64,000 nt of DNA, from the NCBI GenBank assembly GCA_964035545.1, contig OZ037767.1:1685680-1749679 (forward strand). Direction: 5' to 3'. The notes beneath the pieces were generated by a model. The model was not told where the DNA came from, searched no databases, and worked only from the letters and a program-made list of their open reading frames with translations. Positions 29,301 to 41,400 of the stretch are shown here, in pieces. Every line of letters begins with the position of its first letter. Position 1 is the stretch's first letter. A program made the position numbers and the translations under genes. The stretch is from Bugula neritina. Taxonomy: Eukaryota > Animalia > Bryozoa.

Positions 29301-32300
29301 GAATATAGCACACATGAATGTAGCACACATGAATATAGCACACATGAATGTAGCACACATGAATATAGTACACATGAATATATATAGCACACATGAACAC
29401 AATGCATACATGAATATAGCACACATGAATATAGCATACATGAATATAGCACACATGAATATAGTACACATAAATATAGCACACATGAATATAGCACACA
29501 TGAATATAGTACACATGAATATAGCACACATAAATATAGCACACATGAATATAGTACACATGAATATAGTACACATAGAATATAGCACACATGAATATAG
29601 TACACATGAATATAGCACACATGAATATAGTACACATAGAATATAGCACACATGAATATAGTACACATGAATGTAGCACACATGAATATAGTAGCCTACA
29701 CATGAATATAGCACACATGAATATAGCACACATGAATGTAGCACACATGAATATAGTACACATGAATATATATAGCACACATGAATATAGTACACATGAA
29801 TATAGTACACATGAATATAGCACACATGAATATAGCACACATAGAATATAGCACACATGAATGTAGCACACATGAATGTAGCACACATGAATATAGTACA
29901 CATGAATATATATAGCACACATGAATATAGTACACATGAATATAGCACACATGAATGTAGCACACATGAATATAGCACACATGAATGTAGCACACATGAA
30001 TATAGTACACATGAATATATATAGCACACATGAACACAATGCATACATGAATATAGCACACATGAATATAGCATACATGAATATAGCACACATGAATATA
30101 GTACACATAAATATAGCACACATGAATATAGCACACATGAATATAGTACACATGAATATAGCACACATAAATATAGCACACATGAATATAGTACACATGA
30201 ATATAGTACACATAGAATATAGCACACATGAATATAGTACACATGAATATAGCACACATGAATATAGTACACATAGAATATAGCACACATGAATATAGTA
30301 CACATGAATGTAGCACACATGAATATAGTAGCCTACACATGAATATAGCACACATGAATATAGCACACATGAATGTAGCACACATGAATATAGTACACAT
30401 GAATATATATAGCACACATGAATATAGTACACATGAATATAGTACACATGAATATAGCACACATGAATATAGCACACATGAATATAGCACACATGAATGT
30501 AGCACACATGAATATAGTACACATGAATATATATAGCACACATGAATATAGCACACATGAATATAGCACACATGAATATAGCACACATGAATGTAGCACA
30601 CATGAATATAGTACACATGAATATATATAGCACACATGAATATAGTACACATGAATATAGCACACATGAATGTAGCACACATGAATATAGCACACATGAA
30701 TGTAGCACACATGAATATAGTACACATGAATATATATAGCACACATGAACACAATGCATACATGAATATAGCACACATGAATATAGCATACATGAATATA
30801 GCACACATGAATATAGTACACATAAATATAGCACACATGAATATAGCACACATGAATATAGTACACATGAATATAGCACACATAAATATAGCACACATGA
30901 ATATAGTACACATGAATATAGTACACATAGAATATAGCACACATGAATATAGTACACATGAATATAGCACACATGAATATAGTACACATAGAATATAGCA
31001 CACATGAATATAGTACACATGAATGTAGCACACATGAATATAGTAGCCTACACATGAATATAGCACACATGAATATAGCACACATGAATGTAGCACACAT
31101 GAATATAGTACACATGAATATATATAGCACACATGAATATAGTACACATGAATATAGTACACATGAATATAGCACACATGAATATAGCACACATAGAATA
31201 TAGCACACATGAATGTAGCACACATGAATATAGCACACATGAATATAGTACACATGAATATAGTACACATGAATATAGTACACATGAATATTGTACACAT
31301 GAATATAGCACACATGAATATAGTACACATAGAATATAGCACACATGAATATAGTACACATGAATGTAGCACACATGAATATAGTAGCCTACACATGAAT
31401 ATAGCACACATGAATGTAGCACACATGAATATAGTACACATGAATATATATAGCACACATGAATATAGCACACATGAATATAGTACACATGAATATAGCA
31501 TACATGAATGTAGCACACATGAATATAGCACACATGAATATAGTACACATGAATATAGTACACATGAATATAGTACACATGAATATTGTACACATAGAAT
31601 ATATATAGCACACATGAATATAGTACACATGATTATATTATGTCAATAAATGAAAAAGATATTGCAAAGGATACACATGAAGAGCAACATCAGTCCTACA
31701 ATGGCACCCATGGAATGCACCGACTGTATACAGGTGTTCATTATTACCTGCAAGTTTGTCATGAACCTGCAAGAGAAAATCAACTTCACTATTACACGAG
31801 AAAGGCAACTCCAAAATACAAGGTTCACGATTATTATTGATTGATTATTGAGAAAGCTGTGTGAGATAGTTAGGTGAAAGTCGTCCAACAGATGGCGCAT
31901 CACAATATTCAACTATACAATATAGTGTACTATATAATATACTATATAATATACTATACAATATACTATACAATATACTATATAATATACTATACAATAT
32001 ACTATATAATATACTATACAATATACTATACAATATACTATATAATATACTATACAATATACTATACAAATTACAATATACTATACAATATAATATACTA
32101 CACAATATACTATATAATATACTATACAATATACTATATATAATATTCAAATTACAATATACTATACAATATACTATGTAATATACTATACAAATTACAA
32201 TATACTATACAATATACTATATAATATACTACACAATATACTATACAATATACTATATAATAGAGAAAAATGCCAAGGATTACAAAGTGTATAAATATAT

Positions 32301-34594
32301 TGCATTCACTGAACAAATTTATACTCTAGTTACAAAATTAATTTTTCTGCTGCTCCCGCTTCTACACTGCAGTATTCAGCTCTTATAAAATACCATAATT
32401 AATGAATTTAGGAAAAGATAATGGAGTACAATATAGACTGTGAGCCAAGCACCACGCTCCCCCTACCTGATAGCTCTAAGCACCCTCAAAGCGCGGATAG
32501 CCTTGAATATTTTGAACATACGCAGGATGTCAAAGGCTACCAATTTGCCAGAAGCAAGCGTTGAGAAAAGAAGAGGCAGAATGTAATCCAAGATGTTGAC
32601 AATTACGATAACAAAGTCTACAATTAATAACAATGTATCTATACAGACTATGTTTGGAGTTATCATTCCCTGCATTTCTTTAACTCGCCATTTGCTTATA
32701 CAGGGTTATAAACATATATGGCAGTGTGAGTTTTTCATTCATGATTTACAACTTTGACAATGCCAATCTACTAGCCAAAACCAAGATGCATGAAAACATT
32801 ACAAAATCAATTGCCCAATAAAATTGTGTAATTAAGATTAAGCTCCGCCCAAAACATGCTGTGTTCCCCAGCCTTCCTGCTCATCTTATGCGATAGGTGT
32901 GAGACACATGCAGCACACTGATGTGTTGTAGTATAGATAAGCAGTAGGTAAAAAGCAAAACTCTTACAAATGTTCAACAAATTTCAACTACCACATAACA
33001 TACAGACTACAAGTATAGACAATAAAGGTACATAAACCATAGTATAGAGTTCTAGCACGCAGGTGAAGGTCAGGTAAAGGTGAAAGCTAGGAAATGTAAA
33101 TACACACCAAGTACGTTCCAGTTATCCCTAAAATAGTCTTTGCGTAAAACATACAGTTTTAGAACGAGTTCCAATATGTAGATTCCGAGAAAGACGCTAT
33201 CGATAACAGAGAAATACCAATCTGCAGATGAAAAGGGACAACATTCATTAGCTGTTGTAACAAAGTTTACAAAGTGCAGAGTCTGTTTTCAAGCAATGAA
33301 ATGCTTTTCATAGAACAATGAAAGTAATATATCGTATATTAATGTAGATGTAGGTACAAGAAATGTGTTATATCTGCACACAAAATACATGAAGTAGATT
33401 ATAAGCAAAATTACCCACTCACGTGATACTGTGTGTAAAAGTAAACAACAAACAAACCTGCACGAACTGCGACAGACTCGAACGTTTGCAACACAAGCAG
33501 TGCCGTGTTGATGATAATGATAGCAAAGATAAAGGTAGTGAAAGTGCGGGAATGAACAAATATGGACATGCAGGATTTAAAGCTGGCTTCATTCTTCACT
33601 TTCCGTATTGTGTCAGCCATGTCGATCTTTTTAGATTCGCTCAAACTGCAATTTCAACAAGAAACCAGTAACCATAGTAATTATGAAGAAATGTTGGCTA
33701 AGACTTTCGCAATAAACATTATTTACTGAATAATTATGGTGCCACGAACCGAGGATGATTTCGCACCAATATCGATGGTTTATCTTTAATAGTCGAGAGG
33801 GCTGTAGTAGATATGTCATCCTGATTGAAAGATTTAGAAGATCGCCTTCTTTCCATAAGATTATGGACAGTTGACTTGACCCTATATCTATATTCCTAGA
33901 AACGTAGTAGACCATAGAACAAACATGAAACATTATCTAGAAGAAAAAACTTCATGCTGTAACTAAAACCATTTTGGTACAAGAATCAAAATGAGATTAT
34001 CACCAACAAGTTTTTAGAAAGACAGATAGAAAGTTGAGTTTTTTAATAAGAAAATTTGATAATATTTACCTTATTAGCCTGATCCATGGTTGAATTACTT
34101 CATATACAAAAATAATGACTGATATTAAATTACAAACATAATTTTGACGAAACAATCTACGAACAGAATAATAAATTTCTTTGAGTTAAACACATTGTAA
34201 AGCTCAATGTCCAACGCAACGCCAAGATTTACAATTACTAACATAAAAAGGACTCTGAACTAATGAATGGATGAAATTGTAAACATCTTAAATGAGCAAA
34301 GAACAGATAATTCTAAAACCAATAGTTTGGACTATAAGTGATATTTCTTGTAAAATCCAGATCCGATTACTAATTTGGATGAGAAGCTATTTGGTATAAA
34401 AACGACAAAGCTGAACGCCGAGACTTATTCGTAATACACTAATAAAACTTTCTCTTAGTTTGATATTTTGGAACGAACATAAATTCACATGAATGATGAT
34501 GAAAAATTCAGCCAATGGTCAGGTGAGTTACTATCAACAAACTACTTGGTAGAATTCTCACCTTCATATGTGCCAAAACCATCCGTTTATTCAT
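23346..34594 (-). CDS. CATSPER1: CatSper1-like 6-TM sperm cation channel alpha subunit
   Basis: Minus-strand exons: 34594-34562 (tentative), 33895-33750, 33645-33458, 33221-33108, 32617-32467, 31766-31675, 25556-25407, 25182-25119, 24882-24773, 24293/24290-24200, 23935-23821, 23381-23346 (tentative last). S4 is RMFKIFKAIRALRVLRAIR (7 basic residues at every third position). The pore is DPTRFG...FTLFQLLTLDDW (the TLDDW CatSper filter) and S6 is YLIFLNLFVAVLVDNFQ. Confidence 0.85.
25190..25295. repeat. 16-bp tandem repeat ACTTACAGTGACAGTT in CatSper1 intron
   Basis: 6 copies of ACTTAC, which is GTAAGT on the gene's sense strand. Confidence 0.9.
25557..31674 (-). other. U12-type (minor spliceosome) GT-AG intron of CatSper1-like gene, 6118 bp
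   Basis: The 5' site is T|GTATCCTTT (31674-31666), the U12 consensus. The 3' end is TTTCCTGACAATATAATCAG|AT, with a U12-like branch point ~12 nt from the AG and no polypyrimidine tract. Splicing joins S5 in frame (LLFM-Y-MFAVIGR). Confidence 0.85.
25715..31632. repeat. ~5.9-kb satellite, 15-bp unit ACACATGAATATAG(C/T), with higher-order blocks
   Basis: Directly visible, roughly 390 units. Marker variants (GAACACAATGCATAC, AGTAGCCTAC) recur at spacings of 1265, 715, 637 and 715 bp. Confidence 0.98.
31911..32260. repeat. 12-bp tandem repeat AATATACTATA(C/T) in CatSper1 intron
   Basis: About 28 visible copies; it produces the spurious (YSIL)n / (YYII)n ORFs. Confidence 0.95.
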
Positions 34595-34916
34595 TAATTT
34601 AAAATAGGTTTTGCAGAAGTCAATTTTAGAAAATCACTGAGCAAATAGTAACCATAACTTGATTAAGATAGTGGTACATGTAATGATTACACACCCAGGT
34701 ATGCCTACAAAAAGCTACAAGGCAACAGAGACGTAAATAAAAAAATAAAATTTATTTTTAAAATGTAAGGGAAACAAAATTAACCTATCAGCTTACATAA
34801 TGCTTAAAACATATTTATCGAAAATAAAATATAAGAAAATGTGATGCACTGCAATTCTATTAGCTTTCAAGAGTTCAAAGACTAAGTGTTGTTAGCTTTG
34901 GGTTGAATTTTCCTAT

Positions 34917-36465
34917 TCACTTGCTGATAGAAGCTTTATCTATAAGAGACTCCTTATCACAGTCAGCTAGTTTCTCCTGTTCTTTGTCTTTTTCCTGAGC
35001 TAGTTGATACTGAACAATTTGCATCTGAAGCCTCGTGCGACCTCGTAATGCTTGTGTTCGTAAGTTTTCTAAGGCACTTTGGCCTTCCTGATTAATCGTT
35101 TCCTCTTTATCAAATCTCTTTTTTGCGTACAACCTGGTTAATAAAATCATTACATGCCAACAGAAAATTGGTATTCCTAGAACATTACAAACTGTAACCA
35201 CATTTAGTAAATCTCACTCACTTGACGAGAGAAAGCTGAACAATTCCACCGACAAGAGCAAAGAGTAGAATGAAGATTACTATTTGACCGTTTGAGAATA
35301 TGTTGATACGCGGAGGACTTTTATCATCTTTCGGTTCAGTGTATATGGTGCCATCTCTGTAGTAGGGTGAGAGAAAGTCCTCAAATGGCGGTCTTCAAGA
35401 AATAAAGTAAGACTTTTTGAGACTTCAGAAAGGCAAAACTAAGCAATTCAATCGTTGAAAGTTAAATACTTTTGTTCAGTTCTAATCTTCCTACTGTCTG
35501 TAATAACATGTCTAATCGCACTCATCTTATTAGTTACTCACATATATTTGGCCAATCAAAATTGCTTTTACTAATTACTCACATGTACCTGTTTAATCAC
35601 AAACCCCTTACTAGTTACTTACATGTTCTTGGTTTGACGTAGTAAATTATAATCATATTCAACTTTTTTCTTCTCATCACTCAAGACATCATAGGCTTGG
35701 CGTATCTCGTGAAACTTATCATTGTCACTCGCTTTGTCACCCTTTCTCGTGTCGGGGTGATACTGGAAACACAAAACACAACTAAGTTCACTAAACTTGA
35801 GTTCCTAAGCTAAAAACACGTTTCCAGCTTCACGCTAAGATGGCTTAAAGTTACATCACCCTGAAGTCTTCAATAACCAGCGTTACCGGATATTTAAATC
35901 TCAGCAAAAGCCTCAGAAATCAGTGCAAGTGGTTTTGAAGTTTAACTGCTGATTATGATGGTGATTTAACAACGAAAATTTGTGAAAATATATACATTGT
36001 TCACCTGTTTACACTAAATCACATGACCACACTAGATCACATGACCACACTAGAACACATGATCACACAGAGTAAATTACCTGTTTGGTGAGTTGGAGAA
36101 ATGCAGAGCGAATTTCTTGCTTAGTTGCTGTTGCAGGCAAACCCAACACCTCGTAATGTGTAAACAGCTTTTTATCCGACGAGTAAAGTCTACGTGATTT
36201 GAACAACAAAATAAACAAGTTATTAAACTAAAGTAAAGCACAAACTTTACAATACATTGCCTGCCATTTACCTACAGTTTACATGATAAGTATATATGTA
36301 TTTGTTGCAGAATTTAGATGAGTGTATATTTATCTGCTGCAGATTTCAGATGGGTATATATGTATATATCAGACCTGAGCAACAACAGAAGTGTAAGAAA
36401 TCTTACCTGCAGCAACATTCTAGATGGCGATACGCTATAAAGGGTCGACTGATTATTCGTAACAT
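34917..36465 (-). CDS. DNAJC4: DNAJC4 / DnaJ-60-like J-domain co-chaperone with a single TM segment, probably mitochondrial
   Basis: Exons 36465-36407, 36189-36081, 35762-35623, 35392-35222, 35133-34917 (TGA). It has an Arg-rich N-terminus (MLRIISRPFIAYRHL), a J-domain (HYEVLGL...KQYHPD...EIRQAYDVLSDE), a hydrophobic segment (IVIFILLFALVGGIVQL) and a charged tail. The subfamily call rests on this architecture. Confidence 0.75.
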
Positions 36466-38435
36466 CTTAGACAACTCATGCCAAATTCTTAACTGGACTG
36501 TTTTAAACGAGAAAATAATTCAATGTAATTTATAACAAAACTACAGCACAAGTAGAGGATTTGTTTATATTCTGAAAAAATATTTTATAATATTCTAAAA
36601 AATTTCAAGACTAAAAATGAACCCAAATTAAATCTAAACTATAAACATAAAAATAAATAGGGTTGTTACAAGATATGCCACGAATGCAATAAAGCATCTA
36701 TAAAGTAATAAACAACAGCTAAAAATTTACATCAACAATAAAAATATCAACAAGTCAGACACATGCACTAAAAATCAGAACTATTCCGAATAGTATTCAC
36801 ATAACCATAATGATAATCCATAACTGTAAGTATAGCTAGGACTCAGGGATAAACTTAGATTTATGCTCAAAATCAAGTTTATTTTTATTTGAAATATAAA
36901 TGTTAAAGACTAAGTTACTATATAATAATATATATATTATCATTATGTATGTGAGTGGTAACTAAGTATTCAACTCAGTCTAAGTCTTAGAGTTCGATAA
37001 TCATAATGATAATGATGATCATGATGACTAGACTTACTTTTAGTATTATTGCAAATTAAACGTAAAGTCAAATAAACATTAATTCATTTACGTTATTTGT
37101 CACCACCAATGTGATTGCTACTATACTAGGGTAACTATTATTGTAATAATTATGATGATCTATAATGTAAATTAACTTAAATCAGTCTGAGCCTACCACT
37201 ACTGTCTACTACTACTGCTAGTACTACAGTAATATTTGTTTATTTCGAACTTACGTAAACGGTGTCGCTATAATTAGTTCTCGAGCTATGCAATGATCGA
37301 AGCAATTAAAAGCTTGTATTTAAGACCCGATAATTAATTGCGTTTTTGCTTTGAAACGTAAGCATATATATTTAGCTACTCAAGTTCAACCAGATTGCTC
37401 TTATTTCCTGTGACTGCTTTGCTGTCAACTCCCAAGGCCTATCTATGCCTATGAGTATGGGTTATGAGTTAAACCAATATTTATAAACTTAATACTATAT
37501 GCTAGTTAAATTTTAATATCAGGTCAACTTCAAACTTATTGCGAATTACTTCATGATTTATTAACCTGTCTATAAATTGCGCTCAATTGAAAATAGCGGT
37601 GTTGAACTTAAACTTAAAGTTGAAGTATCGAGACAAAACTTAGCAAAGCTTCAACTTGAAGTTTAAAAATAGCTTAGCCTTTTGCATTACTTTGACTTTA
37701 GATTTAAATTTAAATTTACGCCTCAATCTTAACATTGTTTTTTTTCAGTTTGAATCTGAGTTTTCAATAGTAATAATAATGGTATTTTTTGCAAATGTAA
37801 CTAAATTCTAAAATGAATATCAACATAGTAGTAGTTATCTACGATTAGTACTAATAGTACTAGTCGGAGTTGAAATAAAATTAATTATCAAGTAAAAAAA
37901 CTTGAAAAATTATTATCAAATTTAAAATAAAGCTAGTAAGCAATACTAATTATACTTGTGAAGTTATATTAATACTAAATAATTAATTTATATGACTTAC
38001 AGGGCTTCAGATATTGCATGAAATATCTACAATCAGTACAATGCAAATTGATGGTTATAATTTTAAGTTTAATTTTTTGAGAATAATATTTACAGCTTAG
38101 TATTTTTGTATACAAACAATGCACAATCAAGGATAGAATGACACCATTTTTATTGTAGTAATTATGTGCTGCCATGATACCTTAAATTTTGTTTTTGTAT
38201 TTTAAGTTCAAGTTGGTGTACTGAATAAAAACAACAAAAGTTATAAATGACTTGTCATTTGAAGTTTTCAAAACTATAAGTATATTAATTTACCATTGTA
38301 ATAAAACCATACTATTTTTGTTGTCTCAAGTATTACTGCTGCCCTATGGTCACGTTCATGTTTTCCAACATATTTTCACTTACTCACAGTAATAGTTGTT
38401 ATCTGCAGTTCATCTAATGATATGTTTCAGGTCAA

Positions 38436-41400
38436 ATGCCTAGCATGAGGTTATTCCCACATGTGGTGTTATCCTTTCGTCCAATTATGTCTCAATCGCG
38501 TCTCAAGATTTTACAGAGCCACTTGTGTTGCACAGCCCCAGCTCTGCGAGTATCTCCAGCCTCAAGATTTTCTAGCAGCAAAGCATTAAAACAAAACTCC
38601 TCCAACAGTGTGACAGAAACGATATCGATTGTGAATTCTATAGTCAATACTGGTGACATCAGACCCGCTGAAAACAATGCATCTTTCATCATGAGAAATT
38701 ACAGCAGCTTTTCAGACGAGGATAAAGCTGCCTTCTTGACCCAGTTAGCTTCAGACTATCACTGTCAGCAAAGCAGCTTGTTGCGCAGTTTGTCATCTCT
38801 GAGTTTGGGAGAGTCTACGGCAGTAGGTTATAGGCAGCAGCAGAAACTGAGAGAAAACTTGACCCCCGCGTATGAACTGCTGTTTAGAGAGATTGGCGCT
38901 TCTGCCGGAGGAGTTAAGTTTCTGGTTGACCTTAGACACGACCTCATCAAGTTGTCCCGTGGCGCTGCCAATAGTGAGAAGTTGGCATCTCTTCAAGCAA
39001 TGAATCATAACTTGAAAGAGGTGAAGGGTCAAACGTTTATTTTTATTTTATATTTAGGCTCACTATTTTTAATGAAAATGGGGCACATCAATACAAATAA
39101 TGAACTATTTGAAAATAAAATCGTTGTAGTTTAAATATTAAATACTTGCAGAAAAGTTTTTATTCAGCTAGAAAAGTCAAGCACTACCATATGACATAGT
39201 CTGCACATGGATATAACCACTTGCTCTGGCATGTCATTTATTTATAGCTATTATCATTGTGGTTTGGAGTTGGCTTCCTATCACTAGAAAGAATTACGTG
39301 GAAATCACCCTGTGATCTGCTAGAGAAGGTGGCTGGGTATGAGGGGGTCCACCCTGTACGCAATGTTTCAGACCTAAGACTAAGAGTTGGGGCTTACAGG
39401 AGATGCTACGCTTTCATACATCCGAGGTGAGGTTAGCCATCATCTAACAGCTGAAGTATGGATCCAGTATCTTGTATCGAAGTCAAAAACTGATGCGTTG
39501 AATATTTAATTACTGTGCAATGTATTTTTATATTAATTCAATAAAACTAGAAGTACCATGAAACCTTCCTGTCTCTCCCACAAGAGAGTGTCATTGAATA
39601 TGTTGCGAGTTGAATTGGCATCATCTTAGGGTTCAGTTAAGATTATTAATTTGTTTTGCTAATTTAAAAAAGTCACAGGTCAAGTTACTGTCTAAAGCTA
39701 TTAGATTTTATCTTCCTCTAGCAAGATGATGACTCAGTGAATGTAAAGTGAGTTTACTCTGCTTCCATTAAGATATCTTATTCTACGCACCAACACGTAT
39801 ATCTTTGGATTTATCTTCTCTATTTGATTATTTACTCATTTTTGTTTACTAATTGCTATTGGCTCTTTAAAATTACTACATAGCAACAACTTTTACATTT
39901 TTTGCTTAGAAATTTTGCCAATTGCTTTTCATGTTGTGAAATTTTGCCAATTGACAAATATGTCACAGAATGTTTCCGATTGTCGGCCATGTTGTAGCAT
40001 GCCCCGGGAGCCGGTTGTCATACTGCACGTCGCACTGACAGATGGGATAGCCAGCAATATACAAGCCATCGTGCCTCACCCCACTCTGTCTAATCAGTCT
40101 GATTTCAAACTGACTCAACACTCTGAAGAAGAAGCTTCTACATTCAACAGCGCCGTGTTCTATTCCATCACCTCTACACAGCCCGGACTGAAAGGTACAC
40201 AAACATTCAGTGCTCTGTGACAGCTTCATCATATTTTAGAGTTGTAGTTTAAGTTGATTTTTTGTTTTATAAAATCTCCAACACCTTATAATTGAAATAG
40301 ACAGCATTAATCTCAGTTTAAAATTTAAGTCATCCATTATAAAACTATTATATCATTGTACGATAAAGTCCAATTTGCAGGTATCTCAGTGGATAACTTA
40401 GTTTCTATCTGTAATATACTTGATGTATCTTTATATTTGAGAGTGATAGTTTGGGTACATCCTGATAGCATAGTCGGTATTAGGCATGTAAACTTCCAGA
40501 ATTCCTATCAAAAAATCTAGAATATAATGAAATACTAGTCAATAATGTTTTCTCTCCCATATTTCACCATACAGGGATAGATCTTGGCAACTACCTTATC
40601 AAGTCTGTTGTAAAACAACTGCAGTCTGAGTTCCCGCATCTCACGCAGTTTTCTAGTCTCTCGCCGATACCGGGCTTCCGCGATTGGCTCTTCACTGAGA
40701 TTAATCAGCAGATGGGTGGAGCTAAGCAAGAGCCACTGTTGAGTGATAATCAGATGCAAAGACTATCAACTGTACTTCAGTGTCAGGTATGAGTCATACT
40801 TCAGTGTCAGGTATGAGTCATACTCTAGTGTCAGGTATGAGTCATACTATAGTGTCAGGTATGAGTCATACTCTAGTGTCAGGTATGAGTCATACTCTAG
40901 TGTCAGGTATGAGTCATACTATAGTGTCAGGTGTGAGTCATACTCTAATGTCAGGTGTGAGTCATACTATAGTGTCAGGTATGAGTCATACTCTAGTGTC
41001 AGGTATGAGTCATACTCTAGTGTCAGGTATGAATCATACTTTAGTGTCAGGTATGAGTCATACTCTAGTGTCAGGTGTAAGTCATACAATTTGGAGTTGT
41101 CTTTTCAGTTATTCATAACCCTTTGGAATGTCTTGCATTACATTTACTATTTAAGCTACTTACTTGATAGTATTGTAGCATTATATCTCTAATTTACCTC
41201 ATAGTGTTATATTATTTGTAATGTTATATTTCTTTATTGTACTGCGTTATTGTTAAACATCTTGTGTTACACTTATAATACACTTATTTCTTATATGAGT
41301 AGTATATTGTACTATTTTAGGCTGAAAAGAAAATTATTTTGTCTAAATTCAAAAAGTTGCTGCAAGACGGGACCTGGTGTAAGAACACTGATGTTACCTC

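Noticed and set aside
25715-31632. CRISPR-like array
   Set aside because: There are no unique spacers and no cas genes, and the context is eukaryotic.
25649-31649. Very long Cys/His/Tyr-rich ORFs (up to 1127 aa) on both strands
   Set aside because: They are translations of a stop-poor 15-bp satellite, open in several frames at once and lying inside a CatSper1 intron.
35393-35425. Alternative DNAJC4 acceptor at ~35422
   Set aside because: It introduces an in-frame TGA; the 35392 acceptor keeps the frame.
40743-41192. ORFs with (SVRYESYS)n / (VSGMSHTL)n repeats
   Set aside because: These are off-frame translations of the donor-derived intronic repeat; the MLYCD frame stops at GTA TGA.
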